Of a stretch of DNA of 64,000 nucleotides, positions 1 through 10,527 are shown piece by piece. How positions within the stretch are numbered: position 1 is the stretch's first letter; every line of letters begins with the position of its first letter. The translations under genes were made by a program, and so were the position numbers. The stretch is from Dehalococcoidia bacterium. GTDB taxonomy: Bacteria > Chloroflexota > Dehalococcoidia > UBA2979. The stretch lies in assembly GCA_965219085.1 (NCBI GenBank), contig OZ244720.1, forward strand, positions 1,568,001 to 1,632,000, read 5' to 3'. The notes under the pieces are model-generated. The model did no database searches. It had not been told where the DNA came from and saw only the letters and a list, made by a program, of their open reading frames with translations.

Positions 1-1119
<1,119 letters not shown>

Positions 1120-1141
1120 GGTTGACTCCGCGGGCGGGCGG

Positions 1142-2110
1142 CTAGCGGAACAGCTCGCCGACGGACCCGCCGGTGTGGATGCGGTGCATCGCGTCGCCGA
1201 AGTACGGCGCCACCGAGAGCACGTGCGTCTTTACGTTCTGGAACGAGTTTTCGGCGACAGGCACCGTGTCGGTGAAGACCAGCTCGGAGATGTCGGTCGT
1301 GTCGAGGCGCTCGAAGCCGGCGCCCGCGAACAGCGGGTGGATCGTCCCGACGTAGACCGAGCGCGCGCGATTGCGGCGCAGCAGCTCGAGCGCGCCGGCG
1401 ACGGTGCCGCCGGTGAGGATCTCATCGTCGACGATGATCGCGTCGCGGTCCTCCACCTCGCCGATGATCGTCATCGCCTCGGCCTGCTCGTTGTTGGAGC
1501 TGCGGCGCTTGTCGACGATGGCGAGCTCGGCGCGGAGGCGCTCGGCGACGTCGCGCGCGTTCTTCGCGCCGCCGACGTCGGTGGCGACGATCACGGGGCG
1601 CGGGAGGTTGAGCGAGCGGAAGTACTCGGCGAGGTGTGGCTGCGCGTGCAGCTCGTCGAGCGGGATGTTGAAGAAGCCCTGGATCTGCCCGGCGTGGAGG
1701 TCCATCGTTAGCACGCGGTCGGCCCCGGCGACCTCGATGAAGTTCGCGACGAGGCGCGCGGTGATGGGGACGCGGGGCTGGTCCTTCTTGTCGGAGCGCC
1801 CGTACGCGAAGTACGGGATCACCGCGGTGATGCGGCCCGCCGAGGCGCGCTTGGCGGCGTCGATCATGATGAACAGCTCCATGAGGCGGGTGTTCACCGG
1901 CGGGGCGATGGGCTGGATCAGGAAGACGTCGCGCTCGCGGATGTTGTCCAGGAAGCGCACGAAGATGTTGCCGTTGGAGAACTCGAACACCTCGTTGCGG
2001 CCGAGGGGCATCTCGAGGTGCCTGCAGACAGCCTCGGCGAACGCACGGTGCGCGTTGCCGCTGAACACCGCCATCTCGCGGTATACGCCGAGGTTGTCCG
2101 GCTCGTTCAT
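1142..2110 (-). CDS. prs: Ribose-phosphate pyrophosphokinase
   Basis: FSNGNIFV, ASAGRITAVIPYFAYGRSDKK, DLHAGQIQGFF and the PRPP-binding IIVDDEILTGGT motif. Confidence 0.95.
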   Translation of the reverse strand: MNEPDNLGVYREMAVFSGNAHRAFAEAVCRHLEMPLGRNEVFEFSNGNIFVRFLDNIRERDVFLIQPIAPPVNTRLMELFIMIDAAKRASAGRITAVIPYFAYGRSDKKDQPRVPITARLVANFIEVAGADRVLTMDLHAGQIQGFFNIPLDELHAQPHLAEYFRSLNLPRPVIVATDVGGAKNARDVAERLRAELAIVDKRRSSNNEQAEAMTIIGEVEDRDAIIVDDEILTGGTVAGALELLRRNRARSVYVGTIHPLFAGAGFERLDTTDISELVFTDTVPVAENSFQNVKTHVLSVAPYFGDAMHRIHTGGSVGELFR

Positions 2111-2314
2111 GCCTCCACCACTCAGTCCGCGCTACCTGCGCTGCGTTGTGCGTATCATGCGTCGCCGGAAAGCTGGCGACGCCAGGGAGCAGCGCTGCCG
2201 GCGCCGCACGCAGGCCCGCTTCGGCGGGGGTGCTCCGATGGTACCATGAGGGCCCGCGGGCTCACGGTGAGTCTGCTCCCGTTTGAGGGATAACCGAGGG
2301 ATTCGGCGGCCGCC

Positions 2315-3487
2315 ATGGATTTTGAGTTCACCCCGGATGAGGAACGGTTCCGAGCAGAACTGCGCCAACTCCTGACCTCGCAGTTGCCCGGCGACTGGGC
2401 CAGGCGTGGCGTGGCCGAACCGATTGACTCCGAGGAGCGCTATGCCCTCGCCGATGTGATCTCGAAGCAGCTCGCCGAGCGCAAGTGGCTGACCATGGCC
2501 TGGCCCGAGGAGCACGGCGGCCTCGATGCCACCTACCTGATGCAGTACCTCTTCAACGAGGAGATGGCGTACCTCGACGCGCCGGGTGGCGGCGGCGTCG
2601 GCGTCAGCTCGGTCGGCCCCGCGATCATGATGTTCGGCGACAGCGAGCAACAGCGGCTCTACCTCCCGCGCATCGCCAACGCCGACGACCGCTGGGCCGC
2701 GCTCTACTCCGAGCCCGGCGCCGGCTCCGACCTCGCCGCCATCCAGACGCGCGCCGTCCGCGACGGCGACGAGTACGTCATCAACGGCCTCAAGACGTGG
2801 GTCGCCGGCGCCGACCGCGCCACCATGGGCTGGCTCGCCGCCCGAACCGACCCCAGCGCCCCCAAGCACCGCGGCCTCTCCACCTTCGCCATCCCGATGG
2901 ACGGCCCGGGCGTCGAGATCCGCCCGATCGAGAACCTCGCGGGCGAGCGCCAGCTCTCCGAGGTGCTCCTCCACGACGTCCGTGTGCCCGTCGAGAATCG
3001 CGTCGGCCCCGAGAATCGCGGCTGGTACCACGTCGCCTCAACGCTCGACTTCGAGCGCTCCGGGGTCGCCTCGTACGCGCGCGGCAAGCGGCACGTCGAG
3101 CAGCTCGTGGACCTCGTGAAGGAGAACTCGGCGCTGGCCGACCAGAGCGCGGCGGTGCGTTATGAGCTGGCCGACCGCTGGATCGAGCTGCAGGTCGGGT
3201 TCAACGTCGCGCAGCGCATCCCGTGGCTACAGACGCAGGGCATCTCCCCGAACCACGAGGCGTCGGTCTCGAAGGTCTACGGGTCGGAGATGACGCAGCG
3301 CATCGCCGGGACGGGCATCCGGCTGCTCGGGATGGCGGGATTGCTCCAGCGCGGCAGCGACGGCGCCCCCGCGGGCGGCGCGTTCGCGCGCCACTACCTG
3401 ACCTCGGCCGGCAGCACGATCGCGGCCGGCACGTCCGAGATCCAGCGCAACATCATCGCCCAGCGCGGGCTCGGGCTGCCGAGGTAG
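2315..3487 (+). CDS. Acyl-CoA dehydrogenase family protein
   Basis: MDFEFTPDEERFR start, YSEPGAGSDLA, INGLKTWV and C-terminal TIAAGTSEIQRNIIAQRGLGLPR. Confidence 0.93.
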   Translation: MDFEFTPDEERFRAELRQLLTSQLPGDWARRGVAEPIDSEERYALADVISKQLAERKWLTMAWPEEHGGLDATYLMQYLFNEEMAYLDAPGGGGVGVSSVGPAIMMFGDSEQQRLYLPRIANADDRWAALYSEPGAGSDLAAIQTRAVRDGDEYVINGLKTWVAGADRATMGWLAARTDPSAPKHRGLSTFAIPMDGPGVEIRPIENLAGERQLSEVLLHDVRVPVENRVGPENRGWYHVASTLDFERSGVASYARGKRHVEQLVDLVKENSALADQSAAVRYELADRWIELQVGFNVAQRIPWLQTQGISPNHEASVSKVYGSEMTQRIAGTGIRLLGMAGLLQRGSDGAPAGGAFARHYLTSAGSTIAAGTSEIQRNIIAQRGLGLPR

Positions 3488-3510
3488 CGCGGCACTTCGG
3501 GGGACAGTCG

Positions 3511-3768
3511 ATGACGCGGATCACGTTGCACGACCTCGACGACAACACCGCTGCGGTGCTGCGCGCCCGCGCCACGAAGCACGGGCGTTCGGTGGAGCAG
3601 GAGGCGTGCGCGATCATCCGTGAGGCGCTGGGCAATGCGGATGCCCCGCCCGAGCGACCGCCGGAGAAGCTCGGCACCGCGATTAACGAGCTCTTCAAGC
3701 CGTTTGGGATCAAAGAACTCCCAATCCCGCCGCGCGAACCTGCGCGCGAACCTCCGACTTTCGACTGA
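3511..3768 (+). CDS. FitA-like ribbon-helix-helix antitoxin
   Basis: MTRITLHDLDDNTAAVLRARATKHGRSVEQEACAII matches the FitA/plasmid-stability RHH pattern; immediately upstream of a PIN toxin. Confidence 0.85.
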   Translation: MTRITLHDLDDNTAAVLRARATKHGRSVEQEACAIIREALGNADAPPERPPEKLGTAINELFKPFGIKELPIPPREPAREPPTFD

Positions 3769-3780
3769 TCGCCGAGCCTG

Positions 3781-4203
3781 GTGTTCGTTCTCGATACGAA
3801 CGTCGTGTCGGAGCTCATGAGCGACCGAGCGAATCCGATCGTACTCGGGTGGGTCGACGCACAACTCACGGACGACCTGTTCGTCACGGCCGTTACCGAG
3901 GCAGAAATACGCGTGGGGATTGCACGCCTGCCTGCCGGGCGGAGGCGAGGCGCGCTGGACGCAGCCGCGGCCGCCGTCCTCGATGGGTTCTTCGCGGGGC
4001 GGGTGCTTCCACTCGACAGCGCGGCCGCGCGTGAGTACGCGGCCGTGGTCGCCGAACGGAACGCGGCGGGACGCCCGATTGGCGCATTCGATGGGCTGAT
4101 CGCGGCGACTGTCCGGTCGGTGGGCGCCCCAATCGTGACGCGCGATGTCGGTGGGTTCGAGGGTCTTGGGATCGAGATCGTGAACCCGTGGGCTGTCGCC
4201 TAG
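3781..4203 (+). CDS. VapC/FitB PIN-domain toxin
   Basis: MFVLDTNVVSELM...FDGLIAAT...IVTRDVGGF...NPW PIN motifs. Confidence 0.92.
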   Translation: MFVLDTNVVSELMSDRANPIVLGWVDAQLTDDLFVTAVTEAEIRVGIARLPAGRRRGALDAAAAAVLDGFFAGRVLPLDSAAAREYAAVVAERNAAGRPIGAFDGLIAATVRSVGAPIVTRDVGGFEGLGIEIVNPWAVA

Positions 4204-4229
4204 CGGGCCTGAGCGTCGAGGCGTGCCGT

Positions 4230-4751
4230 CTACCCGCTCAGCGACGTGATCGCGCGGCGGAGGTGGTCGTCTTCCAGGAAGGGGGCGCCCTGCGCCTCCT
4301 TGAGCTCCCCAGCCCTCGCCAGCACCGCCGCGCGCGACATCCCCGCGGGCGGCTCCGTCGTCCACGCGATGAGCGCGATCAGGATCTGGTTCGGGTCCTC
4401 GAGGAACACGAGCCGCTCGTAGCCGCGACGGATCTCCTCGCTTGCCTGTAGCCCCACCGACGACAGCCGGAAGTACGCCTGGTCGATGAACTCGCCGCTG
4501 ACGTGCAGCGTCAGGTACTGCATCGACCCGACACCCGGGCTCGACTCGGCGATGTTGACGCCCTCGCGGTTCGGGCCGACGAGGAGCAGATAGTCCTCGC
4601 CGCCGGCATGCATGAGCACCTGCACCGAATCGGGGTCGTCGCGGTTGGGCTCCATGAAGAGGCGCCGCATGCCGAGCTTCTCGTAGAAGTCGATGCTGGC
4701 CTGCATGTCCTTGCAGATGAGGGCCGGATAGCCGAGGCCGCGCAGCTCCAT
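4230..4751 (-). CDS. VOC (glyoxalase/bleomycin-resistance) family protein
   Basis: From ATG 4751: MELRGLGYPALICKDMQASIDFYEKLG...LVFLEDPNQILI VOC pattern. Confidence 0.75.
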   Translation of the reverse strand: MELRGLGYPALICKDMQASIDFYEKLGMRRLFMEPNRDDPDSVQVLMHAGGEDYLLLVGPNREGVNIAESSPGVGSMQYLTLHVSGEFIDQAYFRLSSVGLQASEEIRRGYERLVFLEDPNQILIALIAWTTEPPAGMSRAAVLARAGELKEAQGAPFLEDDHLRRAITSLSG

Positions 4752-4871
4752 GCCGTTCGCCTTTCGTGTGCCGGTCCGATGTGCTCCGCACGACTGTAGG
4801 CGGTTATGGCGACCCGCGCAGCCTCGTCGCGGCGGCGAGGAGCCCACCCGCCGGGGCGCTATCATCGGGCC

Positions 4872-5351
4872 GTGACGCCCTCGCCCGTCCCCCAGCGCTT
4901 CACCGCCACGCTCCACACGCTCGCCATGAACTACTGCGTCGACGTGCCCGCCGAGGCGAGCCGCGCGCTCGCCGGCGACCCGCCGGAGCGCTACGTGCGC
5001 GTCGAGGGCACGGCGAACGGCCACCCGTTCCGCACGCGCCTCACGCCGCGCGGCGGCGGCGCCTACCGCCTCTTCCTCGACGGCGACGTGCGCGCGGCGG
5101 CCGGCATCGACGTGGGCGACGAGGTGACGATCGAGGTCACCCGCGCCGACGCGCCGCCCGAGCCGCCGCTCCCCGGCGACCTGCGCGAGGCGCTGTCCGC
5201 CCTCGACGGCGGCGTCGAGGCATTCTTCGGCCTCACCGAGGCGCAGCGCACCGGCATGCTCGCCTTCGTCGAGCGCGCGCGGACCGCGTCGACGCGGGCG
5301 GGGTATGTGGAGCGGGTGGTCGACGAGATGCGGAAGCGGGTAGGACGATGA
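4872..5351 (+). CDS. DUF1905 plus YdeI/OmdA-like domain protein
   Basis: VDVP...VRVEGTANGHPFRTRL...VRAAAGIDVGDEVTIEV followed by LPGDLREAL...FFGLT...R...TR C-terminal domain. Confidence 0.75.
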   Translation: MTPSPVPQRFTATLHTLAMNYCVDVPAEASRALAGDPPERYVRVEGTANGHPFRTRLTPRGGGAYRLFLDGDVRAAAGIDVGDEVTIEVTRADAPPEPPLPGDLREALSALDGGVEAFFGLTEAQRTGMLAFVERARTASTRAGYVERVVDEMRKRVGR

Positions 5352-5530
5352 GCGAGCGGGCGGGATGGAGCATGGGCTTGGTCGTGACCGGCGGCCTGGT
5401 GATCGGGACCGTGATCTTCGCGGCGACCGGGAACGCGGCCTGGATCGGCATCGGGTTAGTGGCCGGCGCGGCCTTCGGACAGGCGCTGCGGTGGTCAAGA
5501 CACGGCCGGAGCGACGACGAGCCGCGTTGA
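5348..5530 (+). CDS. Small two-helix membrane protein
   Basis: ATGA overlap with the upstream stop; hydrophobic 60-aa ORF MSERAGWSMGLVVTGGLVIGTVIF...WIGIGLVAGAAFG. Confidence 0.6.
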   Translation: MSERAGWSMGLVVTGGLVIGTVIFAATGNAAWIGIGLVAGAAFGQALRWSRHGRSDDEPR

Positions 5531-5764
5531 GCCCGAGCCCCTCTCAACCGTCGAGGGGCGACGAGGGAGGTCTGTGGCCGGCGGCTGAGGTCCTGAACCG
5601 GGCGCTACTCCAGCACCGTGGCGGAGCGAATGTAGGCAAGCGTGCCGTGACGAATCGATGGCGCACGAGGATGTAACTCCCGTTGGGTTCGCGCAGGAGG
5701 ATTAAACTTGGGGCCCCGAAAGTATGATCCTGCAACGAGGGCTGCAACTCCAGAATCACGCGCG

Positions 5765-5793
5765 TTGACCCCTCCCACCCCCCTGCCTACCAT
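5765..5793 (+). promoter_or_regulatory. Sigma70-type promoter for the valS leader
   Basis: TTGACC (5765-5770), 17 nt spacer, TACCAT (5788-5793); predicted +1 near A5800. Confidence 0.7.
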
Positions 5794-5799
5794 CGACCC

Positions 5800-5847
5800 A
5801 TGCACCAACACGCACACCGCCACGTAGCAGTAGCCGGCGGCGGCTAG
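5800..5847 (+). CDS. Putative leaderless leader peptide MHQHAHRHVAVAGGG upstream of valS
   Basis: ATG coincides with the predicted TSS; two GTA Val codons; followed by a GC hairpin at 5882-5901. Confidence 0.55.
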   Translation: MHQHAHRHVAVAGGG

Positions 5848-5881
5848 CCCGGCCCGCGTCGAGGGCCGCGGCGGCCGCCTG

Positions 5882-5909
5882 CGCCCCGCTTCCGCGGGGC
5901 GTCGCTTTG
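5882..5909 (+). terminator. Attenuator-like hairpin in the valS leader
   Basis: CGCCCCGC-TTCC-GCGGGGCG followed by TCGCTTTG (weak U tract). Confidence 0.45.
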
Positions 5910-5965
5910 CCCGCGCCCGATCGGTTCGCGAACCCACTCACCAGGCACCACCGAGGAGCCCGCCC

Positions 5966-8686
5966 GTGACCACCGATTCAGCGCCACCCGCGTCCCCGGC
6001 CGCGCAGATGGCCACGGCCTACGACCCCTCGATGGTCGAGCAGCGCGTCTACGCCGCGTGGGAGCAGGCCGGCGCGTTCCGGCCGCAGGGCGGCGAGCAG
6101 CCGTTCACCATCATCATGCCGCCGCCCAACCTCACCGGTGAGCTCCATATCGGCCACGCGCTCACCGTCGCCGTCGAGGACGCGCTCGTGCGCTGGCATC
6201 GCATGCTCGGCGACGACACGCTGTGGCTGCCCGGCGTCGACCACGCCGCCATCGCCGTCAACGCGCTCGTCGAGCGCGAACTCGCCGCCGAGGGCATCTC
6301 GCGCCATGACATCGGCCGCGAGGCGTTCCTCGAGCGCGTGTGGGCGTTCGTCGGGCGCTCGCGCTCGCGCATCGCCGAGCAGCACCGGCGGCTCGGCGCC
6401 TCGGCCGACTGGGAGCGCGAGGCGTTCACGATGGACGAGGCGCGACAGCGCGCCGTGCGCCAGACGTTCGCGAACCTCTACGAGGACGGCCTGATCTACC
6501 GCGGCGAGCGCATCATCAACTGGTGCGTCGACTGCGGCACCGCGCTCTCCGACCTCGAGGTCGAGCACGACGACGAGCCCGGCGCGTTCTGGCACTTCCG
6601 CTACCCGGTGCTCGACGACGACAACGAGCAGACCGGCGAGTACCTGGTCATCGCCACGACGCGGCCGGAGACTATCCCCGCGGACACCGCCGTCGCCGTG
6701 AACCCCGAGGACGAGCGCTACCAGCACCTGCTGGGGCGCAACGTGCTGGTCCCGACCTCGGACCGGCCGGTGCCCGTCATCGCCGACGAGGCGGTGACCA
6801 TCGAGGCGGGGTCGGGTGCGCTGAAGGTCACGCCCGGCCACGACCCCGTCGACTTCGAGATCGGCCAGCGTCACGACCTGCCCGTGCTCAACATCGTCGG
6901 CACCGACGGCCGCCTCACCGAGGAGGCCGGCAAGTACGCCGGGATGGAGCGCTTCGAGGCGCGTGACCGCGTGGTCGCGGACCTCGACGCGGCGGGCCTG
7001 CTGGAGCGCACCGAGGACTACACGCACTCGGTCGGGCACTGCCAGCGCTCCGGCACGATCGTCGAGCCGATCATCTCCGAGCAGTGGTTCGTGCGCGCCG
7101 AGCCGCTGGCGAAGCCGGCGATCGAGGCGGTGCGCGACGGCCGCATCAGCTTCGTGCCGCGCCGCTTCGAGCGGACCTACTTCCACTGGATGGAGAACAT
7201 CCGCGACTGGACCATCAGCCGCCAGATCTGGTGGGGCCACCGCATCCCCGTGTGGTACTGCGACGCCTGCCCCGAGACCATCGTCGCCGTCGAGGACCCC
7301 GACGCGTGCCCCACATGCGGCGGCGCGGTGCGGCAGGACGAGGACACGCTCGACACGTGGTTCTCGTCCGGGCTGTGGCCGCACTCGACCCTCGGCTGGC
7401 CGGACCAGGACGCCGACGACCTCGGCCGCTTCTACCCGACGCAGGTCATGGAGACCGGCTACGACATCATCTTCTTCTGGGTCGCGCGCATGGTGATGCT
7501 CTCGCTCTACAACATGCGCGACCTCGGCGACGACGCGATCCCGTTCGAGACCGTCTACCTGCATGGCCTCGTGCGCGCGCCCGACGGGCGCAAGATGTCG
7601 AAGACGCTGGGCAACGTCACGGATCCCCTCGACGTGATTGCGCAGTACGGCACCGACGCGCTGCGCTACGCGCTGATCTCGGGCACCTCGCCCGGCAACG
7701 ACCAGCGCATCACCGATGACCGGCTCGAGGCGGGCCGCAACTTCGCGAACAAGCTGTGGAACGCCAGCCGGCTCGTGCTCACGCTGATCGAGCAGGAGGG
7801 CCTCGACGCGGACGACCTCGCGCTGCCTGCGGTCGGCGACCCGCGGCTGCTGCGCGAGGACCGCTGGGCGCTGTCGCGCCTCGAGCGCACCGTCGCGCTC
7901 GTCGACGAACTGCTGCGCAAGTTCGAGCTGGCCGAAGCGCTGCGGCAGACGCGCGACTTCTTCTGGGACGAACTCGCCGACTGGTACCTCGAGTTGGCGA
8001 AGGTGCGTGTGCGCGGGGGCGACACCACGCCGCTGCCGGTGATGCTGCACGCGCTCGATGCGGTGCTGCGGATGCTGCACCCGTTCATGCCCTTCGTGAC
8101 CGAGGAGCTGTGGCAGCGGCTCACGCCGCTGCGCGCGGACGCCCCCGGCGAGGCCTCGCAGCTCATCGTCGCCCGCTACCCGGTCGCCGACGAGACACGC
8201 TTCGACGACGAAGCGGAGCGCGAACTGGCGGCCGTGCAGGACTTCGTGCGCGCGATCCGCAACGTCCGCGCCGAGCGCCGCGTCGACGCCGGGCGCTGGG
8301 TCGAGGGGTACATCGTCGGCGCCGAGGCGGCCGAGGCAGCGCGCGGCACGGCGGAGGCGCTGGGCCAGCTCGCCCGTGTGCGCCCGCTGCACGTCGTCGA
8401 CACGCCCGACGAGGCGCCCTCCGACGGGGTGGTGACGTCGGTGCTGCCGGTGGGCCGCGTGGTATTGCCGATGGCTGGGCTGTTCGACCTCGATGCCGAG
8501 CGCACGCGCCTGCAGAAGCAGATCGACGACGCGACGAACGAGGTGCGGCGGCTGGAAGGCAAGCTGGGTAACGAGCAGTTCCGCACGCGCGCCCCTGCCG
8601 AGGTGGTGGCGAAGGAGGAGGAGCGCCTCGTGACGGCGGGCGGCCGCCTGCGCGGCCTCGAGGAGTCGTTGGCCGAGATCAGCTAG
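5966..8686 (+). CDS. valS: Valine--tRNA ligase
   Basis: PPPNLTGELHIGH, ATTRPET, DWTISRQIWWGHRIP, KMSKT, LHPFMPFVTEELW and C-terminal coiled coil. Confidence 0.98.
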   Translation: MTTDSAPPASPAAQMATAYDPSMVEQRVYAAWEQAGAFRPQGGEQPFTIIMPPPNLTGELHIGHALTVAVEDALVRWHRMLGDDTLWLPGVDHAAIAVNALVERELAAEGISRHDIGREAFLERVWAFVGRSRSRIAEQHRRLGASADWEREAFTMDEARQRAVRQTFANLYEDGLIYRGERIINWCVDCGTALSDLEVEHDDEPGAFWHFRYPVLDDDNEQTGEYLVIATTRPETIPADTAVAVNPEDERYQHLLGRNVLVPTSDRPVPVIADEAVTIEAGSGALKVTPGHDPVDFEIGQRHDLPVLNIVGTDGRLTEEAGKYAGMERFEARDRVVADLDAAGLLERTEDYTHSVGHCQRSGTIVEPIISEQWFVRAEPLAKPAIEAVRDGRISFVPRRFERTYFHWMENIRDWTISRQIWWGHRIPVWYCDACPETIVAVEDPDACPTCGGAVRQDEDTLDTWFSSGLWPHSTLGWPDQDADDLGRFYPTQVMETGYDIIFFWVARMVMLSLYNMRDLGDDAIPFETVYLHGLVRAPDGRKMSKTLGNVTDPLDVIAQYGTDALRYALISGTSPGNDQRITDDRLEAGRNFANKLWNASRLVLTLIEQEGLDADDLALPAVGDPRLLREDRWALSRLERTVALVDELLRKFELAEALRQTRDFFWDELADWYLELAKVRVRGGDTTPLPVMLHALDAVLRMLHPFMPFVTEELWQRLTPLRADAPGEASQLIVARYPVADETRFDDEAERELAAVQDFVRAIRNVRAERRVDAGRWVEGYIVGAEAAEAARGTAEALGQLARVRPLHVVDTPDEAPSDGVVTSVLPVGRVVLPMAGLFDLDAERTRLQKQIDDATNEVRRLEGKLGNEQFRTRAPAEVVAKEEERLVTAGGRLRGLEESLAEIS

Positions 8687-8711
8687 CGCAGCGAGGCTGC
8701 TCGCGACCTCG

Positions 8712-9137
8712 TTACGAGGACGAGGCGCAGGCGCTGCCGTGGATGCGCAGCACTGACTCCTGGTCGAAGCGTCGCTCGTACTCCCGCGAGATCTCGTCGA
8801 TGAGGCGCAACGTCTCCTCGCCGGGAGCCGCGAGGATCCACAGCACCTTCGAGCGCTCGCGCTGGACGGCGCCCGAGTCGTCGCGCCACTGACCCGCCAC
8901 GTCGAGGACGGTGAGGCCGTCGGGGAAGCGCGGCGTCACGGTGTCGGCGAGGAACGCCGCCCACGCCTCCTCGCTCACCTCGTCGCCGTCCGCGGTGCCG
9001 CGACCGAAGAAGAGCTGGTACTCGGCGTAGCGGTCGCTGCCCTCGGGGCAGGGCGCCTCGCCCTCGTCGCCGCACGCGAGGAGTACGAGCGCGGCGAGGG
9101 CGAGCAGGGCCGGCGCAATCAGGCGTAGTGGCGGCAT
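8712..9137 (-). CDS. DUF3574 family lipoprotein
   Basis: Signal peptide ending LLAC; LFFGR...W..FL...VTPRFPDGLTV.D..GQWR...FDQESVLR. Confidence 0.8.
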   Translation of the reverse strand: MPPLRLIAPALLALAALVLLACGDEGEAPCPEGSDRYAEYQLFFGRGTADGDEVSEEAWAAFLADTVTPRFPDGLTVLDVAGQWRDDSGAVQRERSKVLWILAAPGEETLRLIDEISREYERRFDQESVLRIHGSACASSS

Positions 9138-9289
9138 CACCGCGATCGTACCAACGCTCGCCATTGCAAGCGCCGCCAGGGATGGGACGAGCCCGAGCCG
9201 CGCGATCCGAATCGCCCACTGGGCGCTGAGGGCGGATTTGAACTCAGAACCTTCGCCATGGACACAGCCGGGGTCTGCGGCGGAGGAGT

Positions 9290-9312
9290 GATGTGTATGA
9301 TGAGTACACATC
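9290..9312 (+). promoter_or_regulatory. TA operon operator/promoter inverted repeat
   Basis: GATGTGTA-N7-TACACATC overlapping an extended -10 TGTG-TATGAT, just upstream of the antitoxin ATG. Confidence 0.7.
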
Positions 9313-9327
9313 GGGAGCGGGTGGAAC

Positions 9328-9603
9328 ATGGCTCGGGTACAGATCATCATTCCCGACGAGGATCGTGATCGGTTCTTCTCCCAGGCGAAGCGAGAAGGCG
9401 TGACCTTGAGCGCGTGGCTGCGCGCGGCCGCGCACGAGCGCCTCGAGTCCCGGCAGCAGGCGCAGCACTTCGGATCGCCGGAGGAACTCGAGGCATTCTT
9501 CCGCGAATCCAACCAGCGGGCGGGGCCGGGCCGCGAGCCGGACTGGGAGGAGCACCTGGCTGTGATGCGCGAGTCACGGCTTCGCGGGATCGCCGACGCG
9601 TGA
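9328..9603 (+). CDS. VapB-like RHH antitoxin
   Basis: MARVQIIIPDE...AKREGVTLSAWLR RHH pattern; GTGA overlap with the toxin. Confidence 0.8.
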   Translation: MARVQIIIPDEDRDRFFSQAKREGVTLSAWLRAAAHERLESRQQAQHFGSPEELEAFFRESNQRAGPGREPDWEEHLAVMRESRLRGIADA

Positions 9604-9998
9604 TCTTCGTCGACACCAACATCTTCGTCTATGCGGTTGGACGCGAGCATCCGCGCCGTGAGCCGGCGCAGGCATTCTTTGTCGACGCCAGCCGTACTCG
9701 GGAGCCCCTCTACACGTCCGCGGAGGTCCTGCAGGAACTCCTGCATGTGTACCTGCCGGTCCGGCGGTTCCGCGAACTCGACGAGGCGATGGCGCTGGCG
9801 GCGGGCGCGATGGCCGAGATCTGGGCGCTGGAACAAGCAGACGTCGACCTGGCTCGGCAGCTGGAGCGGCTCCATCCCACGCTGGCTGCCCGGGATCTCT
9901 GCCATCTCGCGAGTTGCCGCAGGCGCGGCGTGACACGGATCGAGAGCTCCGACCGCGCTCTGACCCTCGCCGTCGCCGAACCCAGCAGCGGGAACTGA
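9600..9998 (+). CDS. VapC PIN-domain toxin
   Basis: GTG start; IFVDTNIFVYAVG...TSAEVLQE...ARDLCHLA...SSDR. Confidence 0.88.
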   Translation: MIFVDTNIFVYAVGREHPRREPAQAFFVDASRTREPLYTSAEVLQELLHVYLPVRRFRELDEAMALAAGAMAEIWALEQADVDLARQLERLHPTLAARDLCHLASCRRRGVTRIESSDRALTLAVAEPSSGN

Positions 9999-10065
9999 GA
10001 CGGATCACGCGAGCGTCTGCACGGTGTCGACCGATCCGGGTCGACCAATCCGGGACTTCGCGACG

Positions 10066-10094
10066 TTGACCATGCACGGGGCCGCTGCTACGTT
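10066..10094 (+). promoter_or_regulatory. Putative nuo operon promoter
   Basis: TTGACC-17 nt-TACGTT with a TG extension; a 14-nt imperfect direct repeat (TCGACC(G/A)ATCCGGG x2) lies just upstream at 10027-10054. Confidence 0.5.
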
Positions 10095-10161
10095 CCCCTC
10101 GGCTGCGCGCCGTGCCATCGCACGGCGGAAATGTGCTGCGGCCAGCGGGGTTGGAACGGCC

Positions 10162-10527
10162 GTGGACGAGCTCTTCGGCAACTATCTCCCGGTGCTGCTC
10201 GCGACCGTCACGGGCTTCATCCTCGTGATCACCGCGCTCATCGGCTCGCGGCTGCTCGCGCCCTTCTCCGAGGAGCGCGAAAAGGGCACGACCTACGAGT
10301 GCGGGATGCTGCCCGTCAGGCGCACGAGCACCAACGTGGGCATGCGCTTCTACCTCTTCGCGATCCTCTTCATCATTTTCGACGTCGAGGCCGTGTTCAT
10401 CTTCCCGTGGGCGATGTCCTTCGTGGAGGTCGGCGCCCAGGCGTACTGGGAGATGGTGCTTTTCGTCGCCATCCTCGCCGTCGGCCTCGTCTACGCGTGG
10501 AAGAAGGGAGCGTTGCAGTGGCGCTAA
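10162..10527 (+). CDS. nuoA: NADH-quinone oxidoreductase subunit A
   Basis: K.TTYECG...[22 protein letters not shown]...[10 protein letters not shown]. Confidence 0.95.
   Translation: MDELFGNYLPVLLATVTGFILVITALIGSRLLAPFSEEREKGTTYECGMLPVRRTSTNVGMRFYLFAILFIIFDVEAVFIFPWAMSFVEVGAQAYWEMVLFVAILAVGLVYAWKKGALQWR

Noticed and set aside
5540-5760. Lower-GC intergenic stretch as a possible ncRNA (tmRNA, SRP, RNase P, 6S) or 71-aa ORF
   Set aside because: No diagnostic motifs of these RNAs recognised and the ORF has no family features; left unassigned.
5850-5965. T-box riboswitch upstream of valS
   Set aside because: No T-box GGTGGNACC antiterminator sequence or Stem I motifs visible; the uORF model fits better.
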